Shown here piece after piece: positions 9,874 through 19,833 of a DNA stretch of 64,000 bases (position 1 is its first letter; each line of letters starts with the position of its first letter). Below the pieces are notes generated by a model, which had not been told where the DNA came from, did no database searches, and worked only from the letters and a program-made list of their open reading frames with translations. Source of the DNA: a virus (lineage: Duplodnaviria; Caudoviricetes); the IMG/VR virus record IMGVR_UViG_3300037067_022448, positions 47,030 through 111,029 of that record. One strand, given 5' to 3'. The position numbers and the translations under genes are program-made.

Positions 9874-12027
9874 TTATTTTATATCAATCCCTAATAATTT
9901 ACAATCATGTTCAACCATAATTTTAACTAATTCTTCAAATTTTATAGTAGGTTTCCAACCAATTTTAGATTCAGTTAAAGAATAATCACCTTGTAAAGCA
10001 TCAACTTCTGATGGACGCATAAGAAATCTATCAAATTCAACATGTTCTTGCCAATTAAGATTTACATATGAAAAAGCTAATTCGCAAAACTCTTTAACTG
10101 AATGCATTTCATTTGTTGCAAAAATATAATCATCTGGTTTTGTTTGTTGTAGGGCTAGCCAAAAACCCTGGCAATAATCTTTAGCAAAACCCCAATCTCT
10201 TTTAGCATCTAAATTGCCAAGTTTTAATTTAAAACTTGGATTTTTTAAAGATTGTGCGACACCCATAGTTATTTTTCTTGTCACAAAATTAGCACCTCTA
10301 CGAGGTCCCTCATGATTAAAAGTTATTCCAGCGCAACAATACACATTATATGCTTCTCTATAGAGCCTTATAAAATTATGACTTGCAACTTTTGCAATAG
10401 CATATGGGCTACATGGGATAAACATAGTTTCAATTGTTTGTGGTGGATCAGCAGAACCAAACATTTCACTAGTACTACAATGAAATATTCTAGTTGTAAA
10501 ACCCAAATTTCTAACCACTTCAAGAATATTTACTACACCTTTTGTGTCTATATCTAAAGTAGCCAAGGGTTGTTCAAAACTTGTATGAACATGACTATTA
10601 TGAACAACAATATTACCTAAACCAGCACAAAAATTGTTTACTTCATCGACTGAAATATCATAAACAAAACCTTCATAATTAATTTCTTCATAATCATTTA
10701 TTTCCTGATTGTTTTGATAATTTTGAATTGAGACAAGTTCAAAATTATCATCCCCATTTTTTGTATCATGTTTATAAAAACTATAATTAAAATCTATTTC
10801 TAATTTTGTATATATGTAACAAAGTTGAGCAATTAATTTTTTAGAAGTACTCATATATTTTATGTTTGTACAATTTTTACAAAAATTAGAAGATTCATCT
10901 TCCTTATGTAAAGTTTGTAATAATTCAGGCCATAAATTTTCTACTAACAAGAAAAAAAAATCAGGAATTTGTTTATTTGTACTTTTTTTCCCACAATATT
11001 TTCTTATTATGCTATACAGAATTTGGCTTGAAATTTGTAATTGCCAAACAGATTGACAATTTTCTTTTTTATTTTCAATAATATATGACGAACCAGTATA
11101 AAAAAGCTGTAAATCATTTTGTAATTTTTCTAACCATTTTCGATCAGTATGATCTATACTTGTTTTAAATGTTTTATTTGTTACATTATAAGATGTCCAA
11201 CCTTCAGCAATAAAAGCCCCACAAAATCGTAAAAAAGCTTGTAAAGTCCCATCTGTAATATTTAAAACTGATTTTACAGATTTATTTGATTCATTTTTAT
11301 AACAAATCCAATCATTTTCGACAATTTTTTCCCCAACATTATATGTTTTTAATTTAACAGAAGTTTCACCACACTTATTATAATAATTTATCTTTCTTAC
11401 GGCTAAAAGATTTGGGTTTATCGTTGGTTTTTGTAATTTTCCATTTTCATCGTAAACTGAATGATTAGGAGTTACTATGATTTCTCCACATTTTTGACGT
11501 AACCTAATTAATTTTCCTTTATATAAATGTCTTGAAATTTGTTTTATTTTAAACCATTGAGCTTTACCATTTTTAAAACCCAAAACAAATAAATTTTTAT
11601 TATTTTTTAAATTAATTAATTCTATATCAATTTCTCCACCTTCTGATAAAAATCTTTCCTTTTCAACTTTTATATTTTTAATTCTTATATTATTCCACAA
11701 TTTTTCAATTTTAATAGGTTTAGTAAATTTTCCAGGTCCTATTCGATGAATATTTACATATGTTTCAGGATGTACGGACATCGCAGCAGTATTATAAAGT
11801 TCATTTGGCCTTACTTGTTGAATAATTCTAAACATTGATGACATATCAGTTATATCACCCTCAATTATATCAACATCATTTTCTAAATGTTTTGCATTCC
11901 CTAAATCATGTGTAGCATTTCTACGCATTATACCAAAAACATTATAATCTTTTTCAAGTAATAAATCTGCTAACAGAGACCCATCCATTCCACAAATTCC
12001 TGTAATAAGAGCTGTTTTTTGTTTCAT
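9874..12027 (-). CDS. gmd: GDP-mannose 4,6-dehydratase interrupted by an intein
   Basis: ALITGICGMDGSLLA, YNTAAM|SHVHTSFEQP, STSEMFG, SPYAIAK, FNHEGPRRGANFVTRKI and LGNLDAKRDWG. Confidence 0.95.
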   Translation of the reverse strand: MKQKTALITGICGMDGSLLADLLLEKDYNVFGIMRRNATHDLGNAKHLENDVDIIEGDITDMSSMFRIIQQVRPNELYNTAAMSVHPETYVNIHRIGPGKFTKPIKIEKLWNNIRIKNIKVEKERFLSEGGEIDIELINLKNNKNLFVLGFKNGKAQWFKIKQISRHLYKGKLIRLRQKCGEIIVTPNHSVYDENGKLQKPTINPNLLAVRKINYYNKCGETSVKLKTYNVGEKIVENDWICYKNESNKSVKSVLNITDGTLQAFLRFCGAFIAEGWTSYNVTNKTFKTSIDHTDRKWLEKLQNDLQLFYTGSSYIIENKKENCQSVWQLQISSQILYSIIRKYCGKKSTNKQIPDFFFLLVENLWPELLQTLHKEDESSNFCKNCTNIKYMSTSKKLIAQLCYIYTKLEIDFNYSFYKHDTKNGDDNFELVSIQNYQNNQEINDYEEINYEGFVYDISVDEVNNFCAGLGNIVVHNSHVHTSFEQPLATLDIDTKGVVNILEVVRNLGFTTRIFHCSTSEMFGSADPPQTIETMFIPCSPYAIAKVASHNFIRLYREAYNVYCCAGITFNHEGPRRGANFVTRKITMGVAQSLKNPSFKLKLGNLDAKRDWGFAKDYCQGFWLALQQTKPDDYIFATNEMHSVKEFCELAFSYVNLNWQEHVEFDRFLMRPSEVDALQGDYSLTESKIGWKPTIKFEELVKIMVEHDCKLLGIDIK
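10597..11778 (-). mobile_element. Intein (394 aa) in Gmd, with a partly degenerate LAGLIDADG domain
   Basis: Begins SVHPETYV; block B VTPNHSV; ends VYDISVDEVNNFCAGLGNIVVHN before Ser+1. Removal restores AAM-SHV. First motif FCGAFIAEG; second motif eroded (LLQTLHKEDES). Confidence 0.92.
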
Positions 12028-12971
12028 TAAAAACCTCGAATATTTGGATAATTATTTTTAAACCACATACAAGTTTTTATTAATCCAGTATTCAAATTAG
12101 TATATTTAAAATCACAAAGATCAGTAAATATTTTATTACTTGAAGGTTTTTTTAATTGTCCTATAGGTTTTGTAATGTCCCAATAAATTTTTCCTTTAAA
12201 ATCAAATATCTCTACTATTTTATTTACTATATCTATTATTTTATATTCTTCTATATTACCAACATTAATAGGATTTGGACTATCATATTTTTCAAGAAGA
12301 AATATTAATATTCTAGCCAAGTCATCAACATAAGTAAATTCTCTTAATTGTTGTCCATTACCCCAAATTTCTACATCAGAATTTCTTAATTTTGATTCAA
12401 ATATTTTTCTAATTATTGCCGGGATTACATGAGATGATTCTAGATTAAAATTATCATTTTGCCCATAAAGATTATTTGGTATTACTGTTATAAAATTTTC
12501 TTTAAATTGATCTCTATATGCTCTAGATTGGACATCAAGCATTCTTTTAGTGTAGGCATATGTATAATTAGACATATGTGGAGGACCATAATGAATATAA
12601 TCTTCAATTAATGGATAAGATACTTTATCAGGATATACACAAGTACTTAATAAAGAAATTGTTTTTTTAATTTTAAATTTATGGCAACAATCTAAAACAT
12701 TAGTATTTATTCTAATATTATCAATAAAAAAATCAACCAAATTATCAGAATTTGCTTTAATTCCTCCAACCTTAGCTGCTGTATGAATAACATAATCTGG
12801 CTTAAAAGCTCTAAAAAGTTCTTCAGTTTTGTTTTGATTTCTAAGATCAATTGGTAAATCTACTTCAATTATGTTTTTTGTTGGAAAATTTTCAAGATTT
12901 CTTAACAAAGCTTGACCTAACATCCCATTGCTACCAGTAATTAGTAAAGTTTTTTTCTCAAAATCTATCAT
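12027..12971 (-). CDS. fcl: GDP-L-fucose synthase (GDP-4-keto-6-deoxymannose epimerase/reductase)
   Basis: ITGSNGMLG, HTAAKVGGIKAN, LSTCVYP, YAYTKR, PNNLYGQNDNF, SHVIPA and WGNGQQLREF. Adjacent to gmd. Confidence 0.93.
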   Translation of the reverse strand: MIDFEKKTLLITGSNGMLGQALLRNLENFPTKNIIEVDLPIDLRNQNKTEELFRAFKPDYVIHTAAKVGGIKANSDNLVDFFIDNIRINTNVLDCCHKFKIKKTISLLSTCVYPDKVSYPLIEDYIHYGPPHMSNYTYAYTKRMLDVQSRAYRDQFKENFITVIPNNLYGQNDNFNLESSHVIPAIIRKIFESKLRNSDVEIWGNGQQLREFTYVDDLARILIFLLEKYDSPNPINVGNIEEYKIIDIVNKIVEIFDFKGKIYWDITKPIGQLKKPSSNKIFTDLCDFKYTNLNTGLIKTCMWFKNNYPNIRGF

Positions 12972-13133
12972 TTATCTCTATTACTCCATTTTTACATTTA
13001 ATTAGATTTATAAATCAAGAACTAAGACATCCATCAAAATTAAATTTATATGCTACAATTCATATTTTTTATTAAGTATTAATTTATTTAGTGAACTTAT
13101 AAAAATTAAAAAAATTTTTATTTTATACGTCAT

Positions 13134-14009
13134 TTAGTATAAAATCTCTTTTGATACTATTGCTTCCAAATTTCCCCATTCAATATTATTATTTGATATT
13201 GGATTTTTTGATAATAAATTTTCTTTCATTAATATTAAATTATTAGACTTTAATTGATTAAATTTTTTTGTAAATCTAACATTATGAACTTCATCATTTT
13301 TGTCTACAATACTATGATCTTGATGAATCCCAATCATACGATGTTCAAAAACTGGATTTATTCCTAAAAATTTCATACGATTTGCAAAATCATCATCTTC
13401 TGCACATAATCCATTTAAAAATCTTTCATCAACACCATGAATAGCAAAAACATATGTTTTGTTAACAGCCATAAAGTACCAATATGCTGGAGGATGAGGA
13501 GGACATGTTCTACAATCACTTCTAGCTCCAGGAATATTTAATAAATAAGAAAAATTATTTAGTTTCCAATTTTTATCATCAGACAAATGTTCATTAAATT
13601 CATAAGAAGATCTAAAAACTAATCCATAAGCACATTCTTTTCTATTGATCATAGTTGATGCTATTTTAATATTATTTTCACAAATTAATGTTTCTGGACC
13701 AGAAATAACTACAACATCTCCAAGGGCCAATTTAAAACCAATATTGTTAGTAAGAGCGGGGGTAAAAGAATTGGTATGATAATTAATTTTTGTTGGATCT
13801 ATTTTTATATATTGGAAATTAAGGCCGAAATTTTTATTAAACTCTTTACACAAACTACATACTTCTACGCGATCTTTATCATCAATAACTAAAATCTCAA
13901 AAAATTTTTTTGGAAAATTTTGCTTATAATAAGTATATAAAGAGTTTTCAAAAAGTTTAATTCGACCATCACAAGCTGAGATTATAACTGAAACTTTAAT
14001 ATTGTTCAT
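13134..14009 (-). CDS. Glycosyltransferase family 2 with GT7-like C-terminus
   Basis: VSVII, FEILVIDD, NIGFKLALGD, GVDERF..G..AEDDDF and IHQDH. Confidence 0.85.
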   Translation of the reverse strand: MNNIKVSVIISACDGRIKLFENSLYTYYKQNFPKKFFEILVIDDKDRVEVCSLCKEFNKNFGLNFQYIKIDPTKINYHTNSFTPALTNNIGFKLALGDVVVISGPETLICENNIKIASTMINRKECAYGLVFRSSYEFNEHLSDDKNWKLNNFSYLLNIPGARSDCRTCPPHPPAYWYFMAVNKTYVFAIHGVDERFLNGLCAEDDDFANRMKFLGINPVFEHRMIGIHQDHSIVDKNDEVHNVRFTKKFNQLKSNNLILMKENLLSKNPISNNNIEWGNLEAIVSKEILY

Positions 14010-14685
14010 TTAAACTCTTACAAACAAAAATACTGGATGTTCCAAAAAATTTTTTTATAAAATAGTTATTTTGTAAAAAATTTAAGAATTTTGGAAGCCT
14101 CCTACCAGAAATTTTTATAATACGTAAATTTGATTTACGAATTAACTTGGACCATTTTCTCACAGATAAAAATCTTTCATTACCAAATTCTTGAACTTTC
14201 GTAAATCTTCTATTATTTGGTATATCAAAAATAATTAACTTTGCAAATTTTGACTGTTCTGTTAAACTTCTAATAATATCTTCATCGCTAAAATGTTCCA
14301 TTAATCCCTGATGGAATATACAATCAATTTTTTTTGATATTTGTATATTAAACATATCAATATTTTTTGTGTTTAAAAAAGGAATGGATTTATTAATATT
14401 AATAAGAACTTTTTCATCTATATCAGAAACTAAAATATTTTTTCTATCAGAAAAGAATAATGATAATGAAGAAAGACCACTACCAGAACCAAGTTCTAAT
14501 AAAAAAGAGTCTTTATTTGTAAAATTAATAATTTCATTTAAAAAATCATATTGAATTTTAATTGTTTTTATAATTGACCATCCATTAAAAAAGGATGACC
14601 AATCATTAATGTTATTTTCCAATATTTTCCTCACTATTTGCACAAAGTTTTTTTGAAAATTCACAATTTTTATAAAAACTTTCAT
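13996..14685 (-). CDS. Class I SAM-dependent methyltransferase
   Basis: LLELGSGSG, VSDID, DMF and DCIFHQGLMEHF. Confidence 0.85.
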   Translation of the reverse strand: MKVFIKIVNFQKNFVQIVRKILENNINDWSSFFNGWSIIKTIKIQYDFLNEIINFTNKDSFLLELGSGSGLSSLSLFFSDRKNILVSDIDEKVLININKSIPFLNTKNIDMFNIQISKKIDCIFHQGLMEHFSDEDIIRSLTEQSKFAKLIIFDIPNNRRFTKVQEFGNERFLSVRKWSKLIRKSNLRIIKISGRRLPKFLNFLQNNYFIKKFFGTSSIFVCKSLNEQY

Positions 14686-15631
14686 TATCTTGATATGGAG
14701 TAATATTACTCATACAACTGTTTTCAATTTGTAATATAAGATCATAATTTTGTAGATTAAAATAATTAAAAGGTATTTCTTGTATTTCTTGTATTTCTTG
14801 TATTTCTTGTATTTCTGAATTGTCATTTTTAAATGTTATAAATAAATCAGCAGTTGAATAAAATGATTTAACACGATTAATATAATATATTAATAACTTA
14901 ATATCAATACATTTTGTAACAAAAAAACAAATAGAATAATTAATATTTCCAGTATATTGTCCAAATCTTCTATTTATTACATAAAATTTTTGGGAGCCAC
15001 CAGATTTAAGATAATTAGTTACATTTGTTTCTTTTATTAAATCCTTTATTGAATAATGATTAATAAAAGCTTCACAAGAAACTATTTTTCCGCCCATTCT
15101 GTAAATTTTTGAACAAATATCTTGATCTTGAGCATAATACAAAAAATCAATATTCCAGTAATTATATTTTTTTAAAGTTTCTGTATACATACATCCTACA
15201 TATGGACAAGGAAAACTATTAATCATGGGGACAAAATATCCTAATTCTGGCTGTAGCATTCTTTTCATTTTGAAGGCCCCCATGTCATTTTTAGAAAGAC
15301 TTTCCATTAAATTACACATAACAAAAAGTCCATTATCGACAATAATTTCATCATCACTTAACCAAGTAACAAATTTACCTCTAGCTTGTTTAAAACAATT
15401 ATTATATGCATTTGTTACACCATTTTTGTTTCCAAAAATTGGAATTATATTATTATTTTTTATACTTTTAAGATATTCTATAGTCCCATCTGTTGAACCA
15501 GCATCATTGATAATTATTTCAAATTTTTTGGGTATTGCGCTATTTAAAAAACAAGTTAAAGCTTGTTTTAAACTATTTATTCTATTATATGTTCCTAAAA
15601 CAATACTAATATCTATTTTATCCGTAAACAT
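14612..15631 (-). CDS. Glycosyltransferase family 2
   Basis: ISIVLGTYNR, EIIINDAGSTDGT, ARGKFVTWLSDD and YAQDQD. Confidence 0.9.
   Translation of the reverse strand: MFTDKIDISIVLGTYNRINSLKQALTCFLNSAIPKKFEIIINDAGSTDGTIEYLKSIKNNNIIPIFGNKNGVTNAYNNCFKQARGKFVTWLSDDEIIVDNGLFVMCNLMESLSKNDMGAFKMKRMLQPELGYFVPMINSFPCPYVGCMYTETLKKYNYWNIDFLYYAQDQDICSKIYRMGGKIVSCEAFINHYSIKDLIKETNVTNYLKSGGSQKFYVINRRFGQYTGNINYSICFFVTKCIDIKLLIYYINRVKSFYSTADLFITFKNDNSEIQEIQEIQEIQEIPFNYFNLQNYDLILQIENSCMSNITPYQDNESFYKNCEFSKKLCANSEENIGK
14773..14816. repeat. In-frame 9-bp tandem repeat (GTATTTCTT x ~5) encoding EIQ repeats
   Basis: Four full units plus 8/9 of a fifth; the protein reads SEIQEIQEIQEIQEIP. Confidence 0.95.
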
Positions 15632-16212
15632 TATAATTTTATTGCTTCTAAATGGATTGTCGGATATGCATTAATATTGGACAATTCTTTAAAATTTCCA
15701 AAATTATATTCTCCTAAAAGTTTTTTAAGCGAATTATTAGTATAACCACAATAATGATGAGACCAAATATTTTTTTGTGTTCCATATAAATATCTTATTG
15801 CCAGATTTTCAAGATCTTCTGTATTTGAGTCAATTAGCAATTTTGCCAAACCTTTTGTATCAGGAACACTTATTAAAATTTTTCCACCAGTAATTAAAAT
15901 ACGATTCATGTTTTGTAAAAGTTTACCAACATTATATTGTTGAAAATGTTCTACAACTTGATATATAACAATTTCTTCTACAGAATTATCTTGAAATGGT
16001 AAAGGATATTGTATATCATGATTTAAATCTGCTACAGTTAAAAAATTTTTATTAAGTGAAAATAAAAAATCATATTTATAATATTTATCCAAAACTGTCT
16101 TATTATTTTCAATTATTTCTTTTGGACAATTATGTATAAGAAAATCTGGATTACAATCTATATTTACATATCCAATTAGATAAACTGGACCACATCCTAT
16201 ATGTATCTTCAT
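15631..16212 (-). CDS. SAM-dependent methyltransferase-like protein (glycan-associated type)
   Basis: KIHIGCG...GYVNID, PLPFQDNSVEEI, VVEHF and RILITGGKILISVPD. Confidence 0.85.
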   Translation of the reverse strand: MKIHIGCGPVYLIGYVNIDCNPDFLIHNCPKEIIENNKTVLDKYYKYDFLFSLNKNFLTVADLNHDIQYPLPFQDNSVEEIVIYQVVEHFQQYNVGKLLQNMNRILITGGKILISVPDTKGLAKLLIDSNTEDLENLAIRYLYGTQKNIWSHHYCGYTNNSLKKLLGEYNFGNFKELSNINAYPTIHLEAIKL

Positions 16213-16227
16213 TAAAAAAATCTCCTA

Positions 16228-19200
16228 TTAAATAAAATTTAATCTTTTGCTAAGTTCTTCAACTCTTTTATAATAAGTGTGTTTATTTTTAACAACCTCT
16301 GCTCCTGCTTTTCCAATTTTTTTAGATATTTCAGGATTTGCTAGACAATAATTAACTAATTGTAAACATTCCTCTGGTGTCTTAAACCATAGAATATTTT
16401 CCATATGAGTGAAATATTTTTCCATTCCTGGGATATAATGAGAAACTACTGGCGTACCACTAGCCATAGCTATTAGTTGCCTTGCAGAAAAGTACATTTC
16501 TACATTATTAAAATTATTTATACTTATAACTACTTTTGCGCTATTATATACTATATTTTGTTCAAAATATAATAAGTGCCCCTTACAACATTTTAAATTA
16601 TCAGGCCAATACATACCATATAAAGAAAAAGCATTTCCAATATTTTTTTCAAGAAGATTTATTATTTCTTTTCGTATTAATTCCCCTTTATAAAAATATG
16701 TTGGATTATGATTTGCACAAAAAACAACATCATTAATTGTTTTGTCTTTTAAATTTTCATCTAGAGGGTAAAATTTTTCTGGATCATATCCAATTTGCCA
16801 ATATTCAACATTTTTACATCCAGCATTTCTGTACATCTCTAATTGACCAATGCTACTTATTAACGAAAGATCTACTACTTTGCTTATATCTACAAAATAA
16901 GAAATAGCTTCGTTTCTTATATCACCTGTCCAATTTGTTATAAATGCTGAAGGACATATTTGTTTAATATCAGAAATTGTTTGTGGAGAAAATGTATGAG
17001 TATCTTGTAATTGCATATGAATCCAATCTGGATTAAAAAACTTTGCTACAGATTTTAATAGTTGACTAGCAGTATCAATTCCTTCATTTCTGTAACATGT
17101 ATAAAAATCAAAACTACACAAATTAAAACCATTTTTTAAAAAAGCATCTTCCATTCCTGTTTGTCTGATTTCTCTGTTATTTATAGGTAAATATAAAACC
17201 CTTTTTGATACTAAATTTTCATTAAAAATTTTTACGTAATTTAAATTAAGATCTACAATTTCAATATCAAAATTGCTAGTACTAATGTCATTTATAATTT
17301 TTTTTATAAAGTCAAGACTAACATTTGTTCCATTTGTATTTTTCGATTCTATCCCATTTTCATTTATTGAAAAAATTAAATCACACTGTTCATTTTTTAA
17401 TAATTTAACAAATGGTAGTTGTTTTACGACAAATTCATATGACTCATTATTTGAAATAAAAAAATAAGCATTTTTATAATAACTGTACATAATTTTTATT
17501 AATTTTATAAGTTTTTGTTTATTTTGTATATTATTAATAAATAAAAACATTGGATATTGAGAAGATGATAGAATACCATATCTTTCATTATAAATTATAT
17601 GAAATTTTTGTCCATAACATTCCTTATTATATTCAGTAATATTTTGTTGTTTAAGCCCATTAAGACAATTTAAATGATCTATATTTAAATTATCTGTGCT
17701 CAAAATTTTTCCACCCATACGCAAACACCGTGCATTAAATTCAATATCTTGCCCATATTGAGGATAATCTGTATTCCAATAGTTTAATTTTTTAAGTGTT
17801 TCTTTACTTACACAAGCAATAACTGGACACAAAAAGGAACCAATTTTTGGAATCCAATATTTTTCATTTATATTATTTCTATAACTAAATGCCCCAACAT
17901 CATATAATTTTGAATCTAGCATTAAATTATACATTCTTTCTAAAGAATTATCAATTGGAATAGTATCATCACTTAACCAAGTAACAAATTTACCTCTAAC
18001 TTGTCTAAAACTTTTGTTGTAAGCTTCTGTTATATTTGTTCTATTTCCACTAAAAATTGGTTTAATATGATTATCAAATTTACTTAAATTATCTAAATAT
18101 TTAATAGTTCCATCTGTCGATCCTGCATCATTTATAATTATTTCATATGATATTGGACCAATCGAAAGTACTATTGAATTTATAACATTTTTTAATGTTT
18201 CTAATCGATTATAAGTACCAAGAACAATACTCATTTTTGGTTCAGTATCTAAAAAATTTAATCTTTTGCTAAGTTCTTCAACTCTTTTATAATAAGTGTG
18301 TTTATTTTTAACAACCTCTGCTCCTGCTTTTCCAATTTTTTTAGATATTTCAGGATTTGTTAGACAATAATTAACTAATTGTAAACATTCCTCTGGTGTC
18401 TTAAACCATAGAATATTTTCCATATGAGTGAAATATTTTTCCATTCCTGGGATATAATGAGAAACTACTGGCGTACCACTAGCCATAGCTATTAGTTGCC
18501 TTGCAGAAAAGTACATTTCTACATTATTAAAATTATTTATACTTATAACTACTTTTGCGCTATTATATACTATATTTTGTTCAAAATATAATAAGTGCCC
18601 CTTACAACATTTTAAATTATCAGGCCAATACATACCATATAAAGAAAAAGCATTTCCAATATTTTTTTCAAGAAGATTTATTATTTCTTTTCGTATTAAT
18701 TCCCCTTTATAAAAATATGTTGGATTATGATTTGCACAAAAAACAACATCATTAATTGTTTTGTCTTTTAAATTTTCATCTAGAGGGTAAAATTTTTCTG
18801 GATCATATCCAATTTGCCAATATTCAACATTTTTACATCCAGCATTTCTGTACATCTCTAATTGACCAATGCTACTTATTAACGAAAGATCTACTACTTT
18901 GCTTATATCTACAAAATAAGAAATAGCTTCGTTTCTTATATCACCTGTCCAATTTGTTATAAATGCTGAAGGACATATTTGTTTAATATCAGAAATTGTT
19001 TGTGGAGAAAATGTATGAGTATCTTGTAATTGCATATGAATCCAATCTGGATTAAAAAACTTTGCTACAGATTTTAATAGTTGACTAGCAGTATCAATTC
19101 CTTCATTTCTGTAACATGTATAAAAATCAAAACTACACAAATTAAAACCATTTTTTAAAAAAGCATCTTCCATTCCTGTTTGTCTGATTTCTCTGTTATT

Positions 19201-19821
19201 TATAGGTAAATATAAAACCCGATGTGAATTAAGGTTTTTATCAAAATACTTAATATATTTTGTATTTTTAGTAATAGTTGTATTTTGTAATGTTGCTATT
19301 TCTGTTGTTGTAGAATTTATAGTATTTGGTATTGGCGGCGACACAATTGGAGAATTAGATGATGAAGAAATGGGAACAAATAAGCTAGGATTTTTTGAAT
19401 TTTCTACTGCTATTTTTGAAATAAAACAAACTGTATTATTTTCAACCAATTCAACTATAATTTTTCTAATAAATAAAGAACCAGTCCCTCCAGGATTTCT
19501 CCAAATCCTAAAAACCATTGGAACTAATTTTGGGAAATCTAAAGTTTTTATATTAAAATTATATAAATACCAGTCTGTACTATCACAACAAAATTTAATT
19601 TGAGGGAAATCATAACTTGGGTTTCCATAAATATTACAGTATAAAATTCCATTGCCATTTCTTTTAGCCATTTCAAGTTTAATACAATACGTTACATTTG
19701 GCAAAACACTTACTGGAACAAATATTAATGCTTGACTACCACACATTTCTATAAATTTTCCATTAGTGTCTTTTCTTACTCCAAGATTTTTCCCTCTAAA
19801 AGAAGGTTGAAAAATTTCCAT
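16228..19821 (-). CDS. Multidomain glycosyltransferase: N-terminal beta domain, S/P/T linker, CgeB-like GT, GT2, CgeB-like GT
   Basis: Two near-identical domains with GYDPEKFYP, YNSAKVVISIN, SARQLIAMASG and HTYYKRVEEL flank a GT2 domain (SIVLGTYNR, NDAGSTDGT, WLSDD). Confidence 0.88.
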   Translation of the reverse strand: MEIFQPSFRGKNLGVRKDTNGKFIEMCGSQALIFVPVSVLPNVTYCIKLEMAKRNGNGILYCNIYGNPSYDFPQIKFCCDSTDWYLYNFNIKTLDFPKLVPMVFRIWRNPGGTGSLFIRKIIVELVENNTVCFISKIAVENSKNPSLFVPISSSSNSPIVSPPIPNTINSTTTEIATLQNTTITKNTKYIKYFDKNLNSHRVLYLPINNREIRQTGMEDAFLKNGFNLCSFDFYTCYRNEGIDTASQLLKSVAKFFNPDWIHMQLQDTHTFSPQTISDIKQICPSAFITNWTGDIRNEAISYFVDISKVVDLSLISSIGQLEMYRNAGCKNVEYWQIGYDPEKFYPLDENLKDKTINDVVFCANHNPTYFYKGELIRKEIINLLEKNIGNAFSLYGMYWPDNLKCCKGHLLYFEQNIVYNSAKVVISINNFNNVEMYFSARQLIAMASGTPVVSHYIPGMEKYFTHMENILWFKTPEECLQLVNYCLTNPEISKKIGKAGAEVVKNKHTYYKRVEELSKRLNFLDTEPKMSIVLGTYNRLETLKNVINSIVLSIGPISYEIIINDAGSTDGTIKYLDNLSKFDNHIKPIFSGNRTNITEAYNKSFRQVRGKFVTWLSDDTIPIDNSLERMYNLMLDSKLYDVGAFSYRNNINEKYWIPKIGSFLCPVIACVSKETLKKLNYWNTDYPQYGQDIEFNARCLRMGGKILSTDNLNIDHLNCLNGLKQQNITEYNKECYGQKFHIIYNERYGILSSSQYPMFLFINNIQNKQKLIKLIKIMYSYYKNAYFFISNNESYEFVVKQLPFVKLLKNEQCDLIFSINENGIESKNTNGTNVSLDFIKKIINDISTSNFDIEIVDLNLNYVKIFNENLVSKRVLYLPINNREIRQTGMEDAFLKNGFNLCSFDFYTCYRNEGIDTASQLLKSVAKFFNPDWIHMQLQDTHTFSPQTISDIKQICPSAFITNWTGDIRNEAISYFVDISKVVDLSLISSIGQLEMYRNAGCKNVEYWQIGYDPEKFYPLDENLKDKTINDVVFCANHNPTYFYKGELIRKEIINLLEKNIGNAFSLYGMYWPDNLKCCKGHLLYFEQNIVYNSAKVVISINNFNNVEMYFSARQLIAMASGTPVVSHYIPGMEKYFTHMENILWFKTPEECLQLVNYCLANPEISKKIGKAGAEVVKNKHTYYKRVEELSKRLNFI
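16234..17201. repeat. 968-bp direct repeat, copy 1
   Basis: Matches 18253..19220 (offset 2019). The only mismatch I found is 16341 C vs 18360 T. Confidence 0.93.
18253..19220. repeat. 968-bp direct repeat, copy 2
   Basis: See copy 1. Identical antisense 66-aa ORFs at 16536 and 18555 confirm the offset. Confidence 0.93.
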
Positions 19822-19833
19822 TTGTTCTATCCT

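Noticed and set aside
14773-14816. CRISPR array or Borg-type tandem-repeat system
   Set aside because: A single 9-bp microsatellite without spacers; no other arrays were seen.
16234-19220. Long direct repeats as a diversity-generating retroelement (TR/VR) or as IS ends
   Set aside because: Only one mismatch, both copies are coding and ~1 kb long, and there is no reverse transcriptase or transposase in the window.
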